Assembly: GCA_003131625.1 (NCBI GenBank)
Contig: PKVY01000103.1
Coordinates: forward strand, 25,365 to 89,364
DNA length: 64,000 nucleotides
From: Acidobacterium sp.
GTDB lineage: Bacteria > Acidobacteriota > Terriglobia > Terriglobales > Acidobacteriaceae
Direction: 5' to 3'
Shown here: positions 46,264-54,453 of the stretch, in pieces
Layout of the letters: every line of letters begins with the position of its first letter
Position numbering within the stretch: position 1 is the first letter of the stretch
The notes under the pieces: model-generated
Told to the model about the DNA's origin: nothing
Databases searched by the model: none
Seen by the model: only the letters and a program-made list of their open reading frames with translations
Program-made: the position numbers and the translations under genes

Positions 46264-46608
46264 CAGTGGCGCAACAGCACCACCGGACAGGTCTACCTCT
46301 GGCTGATGAACGGGACCACGTTGACGAGCAGCGGGAACCTTAGCTACGTCTCCTCCGACTGGGTCATTCAAGGCGTTGGCGACTACGAGGGGAGCGGTCG
46401 GGCCGGCATCCTGTGGCGGAACAGCGCCACGAAGCAGGTCTACCTCTGGCTGATGAATGGGACGACGTTGACGAGCAGCGGCAGCCCCGCCGCTGCCTGG
46501 CAAATAGCTACCTTATCTCCATTAGGTTGGTTGGAACGGAACTTTAGCGCACGAATCGGTGATGCGGCGAGGACGGCCCTCCGCGTCATTTCCGGATTGC
46601 CGGGCTAA
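46264..46608 (+). pseudogene. remnant of an FG-GAP/VCBS-like repeat protein gene
   Basis: Two repeat units, 'WRNS(T/A)T.QVYLWLMNGTTLTSSG', with no plausible N-terminus, signal peptide or RBS. The open frame begins inside the cupin promoter region. Confidence 0.4.
46288..46481 (+). repeat. 47-nt direct repeat, two copies 147 nt apart
   Basis: 46288-46334 and 46435-46481 differ at 2 positions. They correspond to the two protein repeat units of the remnant. Confidence 0.8.
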
Positions 46609-46711
46609 TCGTCCAGAACCCACGCGACGCGAGTAGTTCTGCTCCGATGACATATTTACCACTCGATTACTAACTTTGTCCTTCTCTTATGACCCCTTTG
46701 TGGGACGGACC

Positions 46712-46729
46712 CTGTTCAGTATTGATCAG
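46712..46729 (+). promoter_or_regulatory. 18-bp dyad motif CTGTTCAGTATTGATCAG, 66 nt upstream of response-regulator paralog 1
   Basis: Related motifs sit at the equivalent position upstream of the other two paralogs (51374-51391 and 52641-52658). Confidence 0.4.
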
Positions 46730-46795
46730 TGCGGCCTCTGCCGCGATGCCACACTTTGGGTTCGGGCGAAGTTCAATCTGCCCCCGAGGTGCCCT

Positions 46796-47386
46796 ATGCT
46801 CTACCTCACACCAGGTCTTCTCGTAGTGGACGATGAAGCGCTGGTCCGCACGTGTCTGTCCGACATGCTCACCAGATCCGGCTATACGGTGCGGGATGCC
46901 TCTGACGGTTTCTCTGCTTTGGCCGCAATCCGGGAGGAAATTCCCGACCTCATCCTCTCCGACCTCAACATGCCCGGCATGTCCGGCTTTGAATTCCTCT
47001 CCGTCGTCCGGCGCCGCTTTCCCTCCATTCGCGTCATCGCCATGAGCAGCGGATATGCAGGCGTCGATCTCCCCCCGGGAGTTGCCGCCGACGTTTTCTA
47101 TCAAAAAGGAAGCCATCCCACTTTCCTGCTTCGCATCGTCGAAGACATGACCCGCTCAGGCCAATCGCTGGTCACGCGCCGCCCCCGTATATTGGCGCCC
47201 ATCTGGGTTCCAACCAACGGGCACAATGCCTCTGGAGAGATGTACGTCACGATTTCCTGTCCTGAGTGCCTCAGGGCCTTCCCCCAAACCATCGACCACA
47301 GGGCCGCTACAACCCTCGAGACCAGGTGCGCCTGGTGCCGCGTCCCGATTCAGTGCGCGATCGTGCACTCCGCGACAGCCGCCTGA
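46796..47386 (+). CDS. orphan response regulator, receiver + C-terminal CxxC...CxxC zinc-ribbon-like domain (paralog 1)
   Basis: REC 'LLVVDDE...ILSDLNMPGMSG...IAMS...FYQKG'. C-terminus 'PIWVPTNGHN..GE.YVTISCPECLRAFPQ...RCAWCRVPI'. No HTH. Confidence 0.75.
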   Translation: MLYLTPGLLVVDDEALVRTCLSDMLTRSGYTVRDASDGFSALAAIREEIPDLILSDLNMPGMSGFEFLSVVRRRFPSIRVIAMSSGYAGVDLPPGVAADVFYQKGSHPTFLLRIVEDMTRSGQSLVTRRPRILAPIWVPTNGHNASGEMYVTISCPECLRAFPQTIDHRAATTLETRCAWCRVPIQCAIVHSATAA

Positions 47387-47466
47387 GATCCGCGCCCCGG
47401 CACGCGCCACTTCCGCGTGGCCCGGCACTCGTCAAGCCCGACAGCCGAGCGCTGACGCGTGGCTGG

Positions 47467-48222
47467 CTATCGAGCTCGCTCGGTCTGCTCACTCTGAGCG
47501 ATCTTCCGGGGTGGGCGGGGGGATGTGTCCGGGATGGGGGGCTTTTCCGCGTTATGCTCGGGCAACTGATCGTGCAGGATCACGTTGAGAAGCGACTGGT
47601 GCACGCGAATGCGACCGTTATATTCAATGAAGCCGAGCTTGCGGAATCGATTCATGAAAAAGCTGACACGGGACCGTGTAGTGCCGATCATATCCGCCAG
47701 AGTTCCCTGAGTAATGGCCGGAATCAGCGTTTCCGGCTCACCCGGCTGGCCGAATTCCGCCATCAACAGGAGGATGCGCGCCAGACGCTTCTCGCTGGAA
47801 TTGAAGAGCTGATCGACAAGATCGGCCTGCGTCCGCATACTGCGGGCCAGCAGGAACTTGAGGAACACATCGGAGAATGCATGCTCCTCGTGCATCACCT
47901 GGATCATCTCTTCGCGGTCGATCCGGAGCGCGGTACAGGCAGTAATGGAGGTGGCTGTTGCCATGCGCAAGCCCCCGCCGCCGGCGAGTGACTCCTCGCC
48001 AACGAAATCCCCGGCTCCGAGCAGAGTAATCGTAGCCTCTTTCCCATTCTTCGAAACAACGGTCAGCTTCGCGCGACCCTTCTGGAGATAGTAGATAGAG
48101 TCAGCAGGGGTTCCCTGCGAAAAGAAGACATGCTCCGGCTTCAACTGGACGATTCTCCGCCCCAGCCCGGCTTTCGCCAGAAAGTCATCGACGCTGAATG
48201 CAGTGTTCTCCTGCTCATCCAT
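47467..48222 (-). CDS. Crp/Fnr family transcriptional regulator (paralog 1)
   Basis: cNMP-binding-like barrel 'FFSQGTPADSIYYLQKGRAKL' and HTH 'TLADMIGTTRSRVSFFMNRFRKLGFI'. Confidence 0.85.
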   Translation of the reverse strand: MDEQENTAFSVDDFLAKAGLGRRIVQLKPEHVFFSQGTPADSIYYLQKGRAKLTVVSKNGKEATITLLGAGDFVGEESLAGGGGLRMATATSITACTALRIDREEMIQVMHEEHAFSDVFLKFLLARSMRTQADLVDQLFNSSEKRLARILLLMAEFGQPGEPETLIPAITQGTLADMIGTTRSRVSFFMNRFRKLGFIEYNGRIRVHQSLLNVILHDQLPEHNAEKPPIPDTSPRPPRKIAQSEQTERAR

Positions 48223-48418
48223 TGGAGGGACCTCCCACCGTTTCGACGGTGAACTTCAGGGCAAACTCATGCGCACTTACGGAGTGCTCATGAGCTCGCC
48301 GGGTAAGCTCGTGAGCGGTCGGATGATCCCCTGCTGCATGGGCCACGGCGGCGGCCGCATGGGCGTGGGCTGCGAGGTTGTGCAGTTCAGCGGCTCGATC
48401 GTGCGTGCTCTGTGGCAT
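48215..48418 (-). CDS. small His/Ala-rich protein (67 aa)
   Basis: AGGAA lies 6 nt before ATG 48418. Sequence 'HNLAAHAHAAAAVAHAAGDHPTAHELTRRAHEHSVSAHE'. The stop overlaps the Crp start by 8 nt. The longer ORF to 48640 has no support. Confidence 0.45.
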   Translation of the reverse strand: MPQSTHDRAAELHNLAAHAHAAAAVAHAAGDHPTAHELTRRAHEHSVSAHEFALKFTVETVGGPSNG

Positions 48419-48542
48419 GGCGTTCCTAACCGGACTTGAGTCCATCGAGAAAGAGAGCAGCTGCCCGTTTCCTGCCGATTGCAGCCCTGAGGCGAGCAGC
48501 GGATCCCTGTCTCCAGCGGTAGATGATAGCGATTGAGGTTGG

Positions 48543-48938
48543 CTACGGCCGTTTGTCGTCGCCAGGGTGACCGCGTCCATCCCGGGTTTCATTTGCCTTG
48601 AAGTTGCGGGGTGCGGGTTTGGAGCGACCCTTTTCGCCATTCTTTGGCAGTGAGCCCTGGTAGCCGTGCTGCGGATCGTAACGATTGTTTACGTGGCCAT
48701 TGAAGTGTTCGTCGCCATGAAACCATGGTCCGGCGCCGATGAAGGCACCGCCCGTGAACCACTCCGGGCCGTAGTAGCCGTAGGGAGCGCAGGTATAAGG
48801 AGAGTAGTCAAAGTAACCATAGGGACATGCGGGGGCGACTCCGATGTTGACGACCACCTGAGCCTTTGCTGCGGGAGCGGCTGCCACCAGGCAGATTCCC
48901 GCGGCAGCGGCGATTGCAAAAACACTGAACTTCTTCAT
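48543..48938 (-). CDS. secreted Tyr/Gly/Pro-rich hypothetical protein
   Basis: Clear signal peptide 'MKKFSVFAIAAAAGICLVAAAPAAKAQ', then 'CPYGYFDYSPYTCAPYGYYGPEWF'. Confidence 0.65.
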   Translation of the reverse strand: MKKFSVFAIAAAAGICLVAAAPAAKAQVVVNIGVAPACPYGYFDYSPYTCAPYGYYGPEWFTGGAFIGAGPWFHGDEHFNGHVNNRYDPQHGYQGSLPKNGEKGRSKPAPRNFKANETRDGRGHPGDDKRP

Positions 48939-49200
48939 GGATTCACCTTACTAACTTGTGACAACTTCGTTTTACATCTGGGCCATTTCTCCGACTGGGT
49001 CCTGGGGGAGGGAAATCGCTTACCAATCTGAGCTGGCTTCAAAACTCCGAACGCTGACATTCTTGCGCTCCTGTCCAATTGCTACCATCGCACCGGCAGA
49101 CACAATAATCTGTATCGTTCTGCTCACATCCCGGAATGGTTCAGTGCTGGACGCAACAGGCACGGCATCCTGTTATATCCCTGACGAGAATGCGTCCTGC

Positions 49201-50616
49201 CTAAAAAACAAACATGGCGATGCCGGCGGCAAACATCGCGACCGTAGTAATCGCCACAGCCGCCAGGCTCAGGCGCGAGCTGGGCTGACCCTGCATCAAT
49301 TTCTTGTCCGCCGCCACAACCAGGATGGCAACGAGCAGGAAAGGGGCAAGCAATCCATTGATAACTGCGGTCCAATAAAGCGCCTTCACCGGGTTAACGC
49401 CGGCAAAATTCAGACCTACTCCCACAGCGGTCGAGAGCAAAATCAGCGTGTAGAACCAACGCGCCTGTTTCAGTTTCCGGTTCAGGCCCTGGCGCCACCC
49501 CAGCGTTTCTGCGAAGGCGTATGCCGACGACCCGGCGAGAGTCGGAATGGCGAGAAATCCGACGCCGACAATACCCACAGTAAACAGAGTGGCTGCGAAT
49601 CTGCCGGCAAGAGGCCGAAGGGCTTCGGCGGCCTCGCGGGTCGTCTCGATGTGAGTAAGGCCGTGGCGGTTGAGGGTGATCCCGGTGGTCAGGATGATGA
49701 AGAACATCACCATATTCGAGAAAAACGAGCCAACGCCCACATCGATGTTCCTCATCTCCAGTTCCTGGCCCGATGCTCCCTTCCGCATGGCAAGGGTACT
49801 CTGGCCCGCGGCCTTCTCTTCTTCCACTTCTTCGCTGGCCTGCCAGAAAAAGAGATACGGACTGATCGTCGTACCGAGAAGCGCCACCAGCATCGACCAT
49901 TCAGCTCCGCTGTGTGGGATGGAGGGCACGAGGGTAGAACGTGCGACCTCGCGCCAGTTAACTCCCACCACGAACGCGGTAATGGGATAGGCAAAGAGCA
50001 CCAGGACCAGCCACTTGAGCGTGTTCGCGATCTGTTGATAACGGAGCCGGACGGTGGCCCATGAGATCAGGACAGCAAAAGTCACGACAAAGATGCGTGA
50101 ATCGATCCCGGACAGCATGGCAGCCGCATCGGCCATCCCGGCGAGGTCGGCGCCAATGTTGATGGTGTTTGCCATGAGCAAAGCGATGACGAACACGTAC
50201 AGCATCCAGACTGGAAATCGCGCCTTGAGATTGCCGGCAAGGCCCTGTCCCGTCACCTTGCCAATGCGTGCACACATCATCTGAACCGCGGCCATCAGAG
50301 GCCAGGTCAGGGCCGCGGTCCACAGCAGCCTGGTTCCAAACTGCGCGCCTGCCACGGAGTAGGTCGCTATTCCGGATGGGTCATCGTCGGCGGCGCCCGT
50401 AATCAGGCCAGGGCCAAGCGACTTCAGCACCAGTCGCATCCATCGAGAAGGGGAAAGCCTGGGCACGATCAGTCGGAGCGCGGAACGTCCGCCCGGGTTG
50501 TCAGGAAGAGTGCGCACGGCGTCTAAGGAATCATTCGTGACACTGGTCCGGTGCTTATTGTTGCCGTCTGCCGAAGTTTTTGTATCACGCTCGCGGCTGG
50601 TAAGGCCATTCGGCAT
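49201..50616 (-). CDS. NRAMP-family divalent metal cation transporter
   Basis: 'LGPGLITGAADDDPSGIATYS' and about 11 TM helices. Lies 24 nt downstream of response-regulator paralog 2. Confidence 0.8.
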   Translation of the reverse strand: MPNGLTSRERDTKTSADGNNKHRTSVTNDSLDAVRTLPDNPGGRSALRLIVPRLSPSRWMRLVLKSLGPGLITGAADDDPSGIATYSVAGAQFGTRLLWTAALTWPLMAAVQMMCARIGKVTGQGLAGNLKARFPVWMLYVFVIALLMANTINIGADLAGMADAAAMLSGIDSRIFVVTFAVLISWATVRLRYQQIANTLKWLVLVLFAYPITAFVVGVNWREVARSTLVPSIPHSGAEWSMLVALLGTTISPYLFFWQASEEVEEEKAAGQSTLAMRKGASGQELEMRNIDVGVGSFFSNMVMFFIILTTGITLNRHGLTHIETTREAAEALRPLAGRFAATLFTVGIVGVGFLAIPTLAGSSAYAFAETLGWRQGLNRKLKQARWFYTLILLSTAVGVGLNFAGVNPVKALYWTAVINGLLAPFLLVAILVVAADKKLMQGQPSSRLSLAAVAITTVAMFAAGIAMFVF

Positions 50617-50640
50617 CGGCGCGGCGCCTCTGTCGTGGTT

Positions 50641-51303
50641 TTAGAAACAGAGATTCGGAACGCCGAGAGAAGTGGGCGCCCCCGCGCCGGGCTTCCGCTG
50701 AAACGCCTGCGGCAGCGCTGAATCCTGCGGCTGGACGATGGCGTACTCAATCGGGCTGGAGCAGTAGACGCAGTCCGCCTGATGGATCCCATCGAGGCCT
50801 TTGCCGAGAACCTGCGGGAAGGTTCTCAGGCACTCCGTGCAGGTGACCATGACGTACGGTTCTCCGGCTGGGTCGTGCCCGTTGCGCGGAATCCAGATCG
50901 GCGCCATCGAGTTGGGGCGATCGGACGATGACAGGCGCGGGGATTGGGTCATCGCTTTCAAAATGCGGAACAAGAGGCCCGGATGGGTTCCTTTTTCATA
51001 GAAAGCGTCGGCGGCAACGCCGGGGGGCACGCCGTCGCCTGAGAACGCGGCGCTCATGGCGATCGCCTGGATCGCGGGAAATCGCCGACGCACCACCGAG
51101 AGCAATTCGAAACCGGACATGCGCGGCATATTGAGATCCGCGACGATGACATCCGGAATCTCTCGCCGCATTTCGGCCAGTGCGGAGAAGCCGTCGTCAG
51201 CCGTCCGCACGCTGTATCCAAATTCGTCAAGGATGGCCGAGAGAGCCATCCGAATCGGCGCTTCGTCGTCTACGATAAGGAGTCTTGCCCTGGTTTCCTG
51301 CAT
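50641..51303 (-). CDS. orphan response regulator, receiver + zinc-ribbon-like domain (paralog 2)
   Basis: GAAGGGGG RBS before ATG 51303. 'LLIVDDE...IVADLNMPRMSG'. C-terminus 'PIWIPRNGHD..GEPYVMVTCTECLRTFPQ...DCVYCSSPI'. Confidence 0.75.
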   Translation of the reverse strand: MQETRARLLIVDDEAPIRMALSAILDEFGYSVRTADDGFSALAEMRREIPDVIVADLNMPRMSGFELLSVVRRRFPAIQAIAMSAAFSGDGVPPGVAADAFYEKGTHPGLLFRILKAMTQSPRLSSSDRPNSMAPIWIPRNGHDPAGEPYVMVTCTECLRTFPQVLGKGLDGIHQADCVYCSSPIEYAIVQPQDSALPQAFQRKPGAGAPTSLGVPNLCF

Positions 51304-51373
51304 CGTGCCCCCTTCAGATGATGAACCAACACGTGTGGGTAAGAGCATCCTCCTCCTCTGACAATCTTCAATG

Positions 51374-51391
51374 CTGGTCAATTCTGCTCAG
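51374..51391 (-). promoter_or_regulatory. 18-bp dyad motif (gene orientation CTGAGCAGAATTGACCAG), 70 nt upstream of paralog 2
   Basis: Matches the paralog-3 motif at 14 of 18 positions and sits at the equivalent distance from the start codon. Confidence 0.35.
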
Positions 51392-51738
51392 CCCAGGCCC
51401 TTTCATCGATTCGTCGATCGCACTATAGTGCGTCGTTGATCTTCGCCGTTCCGATGGACAGAATATCCGCCTGGACCGGTGGCGGCGAGCTGCGTGGACC
51501 GATTCGAAAAGCCCCTGGCGGCCTTCGCCCACCCCGCGACAGAGGCGTCGCCGCGAAGTTCCTCCCGAGCGATGCACCGCAACAATCACTTCTCTTGTTT
51601 GGCCGACTGAGCGTTTCTGACCAGCTTTGCGAAACCTCCCCGTTCCATACTCGCTGGGTTGAGTGTCCTGACCGGGCGTGGAAACCTCTCAAACCCGATC
51701 CTCCCCGTCGCCGGCATTCAACGCCCAGGAGGGCGAAA

Positions 51739-52317
51739 ATGAATCCAGAACTGACGAATCCCAGACTGATTGCGGGCGCGATTGCGATCGTCCTGATCAT
51801 CGTCGTTGTGGTTGCGCTGTACTTGCGAAAGCGCAGAAAAACCACTGAGGGCCTGCGCGCTCGCTTCGGGCCGGAATACGACCAGGCCGTTCTCACGCAT
51901 GGTTCCGAACGCAAGGCCGAAGCGAAACTGGCGGATCGTGAGACGCGCGTAGAAGGGCTGAAGATCCGCGAGCTGGGCGCCGCGGAACGGGAACGCTTCA
52001 TAGCGGACTGGCATGTCGTGCAATCGCGCTTTGTCGATCACCCAAAGGGCGCCGTCACGGAAGCCGATGAGCTGGTCTCTTCGTTGCTGAAGGCGCGCGG
52101 CTATCCCGTCGCCGAATTCGATCAGCGCACCGACGACATTTCCGTCAACCATCCGCGCCTGGTGGAGTATTACCGCTCTGCGCACGGCGTCGCGGTGCGA
52201 GTAGGCCGAGAAGAGGCGAGCACGGAAGACCTGCGAAACGCGATGATCCAGTACCGCTCGCTCTTCGATGAACTCGTCGAGGTGAAGACGCCCGGCGAAA
52301 TCAAAGCTGTCGCATAA
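51739..52317 (+). CDS. single-pass membrane protein of unknown function
   Basis: AGGAGGG RBS before ATG 51739. TM 'LIAGAIAIVLIIVVVVALYL', then a conserved-looking 'LRARFGPEYDQAV' helical domain. The upstream ORF extension from 51436 is unsupported. Confidence 0.6.
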   Translation: MNPELTNPRLIAGAIAIVLIIVVVVALYLRKRRKTTEGLRARFGPEYDQAVLTHGSERKAEAKLADRETRVEGLKIRELGAAERERFIADWHVVQSRFVDHPKGAVTEADELVSSLLKARGYPVAEFDQRTDDISVNHPRLVEYYRSAHGVAVRVGREEASTEDLRNAMIQYRSLFDELVEVKTPGEIKAVA

Positions 52318-52351
52318 TCACGCATTTGACCTGGAGTGAAGGGAGACTGAA

Positions 52352-52507
52352 ATGATTCTGCTCATTATCGTTCTGCTGTTGGTTTTCGGACTTGGCGGCG
52401 GATATTTTGGTTACAACCGCTGGGGCTATCGCGGGGGCGGCGGTATAGGCCTCGGCACCGTGCTGGTGATCCTGCTGGTGTGCTATCTGCTGGGGGCCTT
52501 CCGATAG
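52352..52507 (+). CDS. DUF3309-like small membrane protein (51 aa)
   Basis: GGGAG RBS. 'MILLIIVLLLVFGLGGGYFGYNRWGYRGGGGIGLGTVLVILLVCYLLG' shows two TM segments flanking a Gly-rich loop. Below the ORF-track cut-off. Confidence 0.55.
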   Translation: MILLIIVLLLVFGLGGGYFGYNRWGYRGGGGIGLGTVLVILLVCYLLGAFR

Positions 52508-52640
52508 CGCGTAGGGCGGTGTGGTATCCCGCGCCGCGCCGATCCAGAATACTGCTCGATATCGCTCATCCCGGCCCTTCATCGGAGATCTGAGCCGCGT
52601 TGGGGAACGTCCGATCGGAATAAGGAACGAATCCGCGAAT

Positions 52641-52658
52641 CTGTGCAATATTGAACAG
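52641..52658 (+). promoter_or_regulatory. 18-bp dyad motif CTGTGCAATATTGAACAG, 64 nt upstream of paralog 3
   Basis: 16 of 18 positions are self-complementary. 15 of 18 are identical to the paralog-1 motif. Confidence 0.4.
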
Positions 52659-52722
52659 CACCGAAACCGGGGCGATGCGAGACTTATCGAGACGCGGTTA
52701 GATGCTGTCCTGCGGGTGAGCG

Positions 52723-53427
52723 ATGCCCAACCTGAAAGCAAGCCTTCTGGTCGTAGACGATGAACCGGCGTTTCGCAAAACGCTGTCCGTATTGCTTACC
52801 GCTCTTGGCTATGCGGTGCGGAGCGTCCCGAACGGCTTCTCGGCACTGGATGCCATACGGGATGAGATTCCCGACCTTCTTCTCTGTGACCTGTACATGC
52901 CCGGAATGTCGGGCTTTGAACTGCTCTCGATTGTCCGCCGCCGGTTCCCCTCAGTCCGGGTAATCGCTATGAGCGGCGCATTCTCCGGTATGGCAGTGCC
53001 TCCGGGCGTTGCCGCCGACGCCTTTTATGAAAAGGGCAGACGTCCGGCGCTCCTGCTCCGGATCGTGCAAACGATGATGCGCCCACCGCGATCGCTGGTC
53101 ATTCATCCCCCACGTTCCAACGCGCCCATCTGGATTCCCACCAACGGGCACAATACGTCGGGAGAACCCTACGTCCTGATTTCCTGTCCTGAGTGCCTCA
53201 GGGCGTTCCCACAGATTCCGGACAAGAGCGCCGCCACCATGCTCGATACAAAATGCGCCTGGTGCTCCAGCCCCATTCGCTACGCGATTGTCCACTCCGC
53301 CGATCCCAAATCGCCGCAGGAGCCAGCCGCGGGAAATCCGCCTGAGCCGCGCCCCCCGTTGCCCTCTGACTATGCTTCAGCGCTATCCGGGACAGGAGCG
53401 CCTGCCGCGTCCGCCTCGGGCAATTGA
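52723..53427 (+). CDS. orphan response regulator, receiver + zinc-ribbon-like domain (paralog 3)
   Basis: 'LLVVDDE...LLCDLYMPGMSG'. C-terminus 'PIWIPTNGHN..GEPYVLISCPECLRAFPQ...KCAWCSSPI'. Pro/Ala-rich tail. Confidence 0.75.
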   Translation: MPNLKASLLVVDDEPAFRKTLSVLLTALGYAVRSVPNGFSALDAIRDEIPDLLLCDLYMPGMSGFELLSIVRRRFPSVRVIAMSGAFSGMAVPPGVAADAFYEKGRRPALLLRIVQTMMRPPRSLVIHPPRSNAPIWIPTNGHNTSGEPYVLISCPECLRAFPQIPDKSAATMLDTKCAWCSSPIRYAIVHSADPKSPQEPAAGNPPEPRPPLPSDYASALSGTGAPAASASGN

Positions 53428-54080
53428 TCCATCAGCACCACGTTCAGCAGGGACTTGTGGACGTGGATGCCGCCGTTATACTCAATGAACCCGAGCTTGC
53501 GAAAGCGATTCATGAAGAAGCTGACGCGCGAGCGGGTGGTGCCGACCATCTCCGCCAAGGTTTCCTGCGAGATCTTCGGGATCAACGATTCCGGTTGACC
53601 CGGCTTGCCGAATTGCGCCATCAACAGAAGAATCCGGGCGAGGCGCTTTTCGCTGGAGTTGAAAAGCTGGTCTACAAGGTCGGCTTGAATGCGCATGCTG
53701 CGTGCCAGCAGAAACGACAGAAACCGGTCGGAGAAGGCAGGCTCTTGATGCATCACGCGAATCATCTCCCCCCTCTCGATCCTGAGGGCGGCACACGGAG
53801 TGATGGCAGTAGCGGTTGCCATTCGCAGCCCCGCCACTGCAGCGAGGCACTCCTCTCCAACGAAGTCGCCGGCGGAAAGAAGCGTGATGGTGGCTTCTTT
53901 GCCGTTGGCTGAAAAGACAGTGAGCTTGGCGCGGCCATCCTGAAGATAGAAAATCGAGTCGGCGGGATTTCCCTGGGAAAAGAAGACCTGATTCGCCTGC
54001 ATCTGCACGATTTTTCGCCCCAGGCCGGCATTCGCCAGAAAGGCCTCGGCGTCAAACGGAATTTTCTGAAGGTCAATCAT
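53370..54080 (-). CDS. Crp/Fnr family transcriptional regulator (paralog 2)
   Basis: Most positions are identical to 47467-48222, for example 'NGKEATITLL', 'SSEKRLARILLLMA' and 'GTTRSRVSFFMNRFRKLGFIEYNG'. Confidence 0.85.
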   Translation of the reverse strand: MIDLQKIPFDAEAFLANAGLGRKIVQMQANQVFFSQGNPADSIFYLQDGRAKLTVFSANGKEATITLLSAGDFVGEECLAAVAGLRMATATAITPCAALRIERGEMIRVMHQEPAFSDRFLSFLLARSMRIQADLVDQLFNSSEKRLARILLLMAQFGKPGQPESLIPKISQETLAEMVGTTRSRVSFFMNRFRKLGFIEYNGGIHVHKSLLNVVLMDQLPEADAAGAPVPDSAEA

Positions 54081-54208
54081 GCGACGACCCCTTTCCGGAT
54101 GCCGGGGCGCCTGCGGACAGTACAGCGAGGGAGCAGGCCCGCGTCCGGGTTCAAGGTGAACGCGTGGGCGAACTTCTTACCATTATAAACCTCAGTCGCT
54201 TCATCGAA

Positions 54209-54424
54209 TCATGTCAAATGCCGATGACTGCGGGTCTTCCGAACAACGTTCGCTAATGGCCAGGTGACCGCTCCAATAACCGTATAGATCAAGGCGTTCG
54301 CAGCTATCGCAAGGGCATATACCGTGATGATGTAGAGCGGGTCACCTACCGGAGCCACCACCGTTTCCCCCTCTTCCGCCCAAGTAACCGGCAATCTGGA
54401 AGTTTCGCTCTGGACGGGCTGCAT
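54209..54424 (-). CDS. possible small membrane protein
   Basis: 71-aa ORF with one or two hydrophobic segments, lying between two co-directional genes. No RBS checked. Confidence 0.3.
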   Translation of the reverse strand: MQPVQSETSRLPVTWAEEGETVVAPVGDPLYIITVYALAIAANALIYTVIGAVTWPLANVVRKTRSHRHLT

Positions 54425-54453
54425 TGCGGCGACGTTCGCGGATTCGACGAGGG

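Noticed and set aside
48939-49200. Crp-type site TGTGA...TACA near 48957 upstream of the secreted-protein gene
   Set aside because: Only one half-site resembles the consensus and there is no dyad partner at a sensible spacing. It is unrelated to the 18-bp motif found upstream of the receiver genes.
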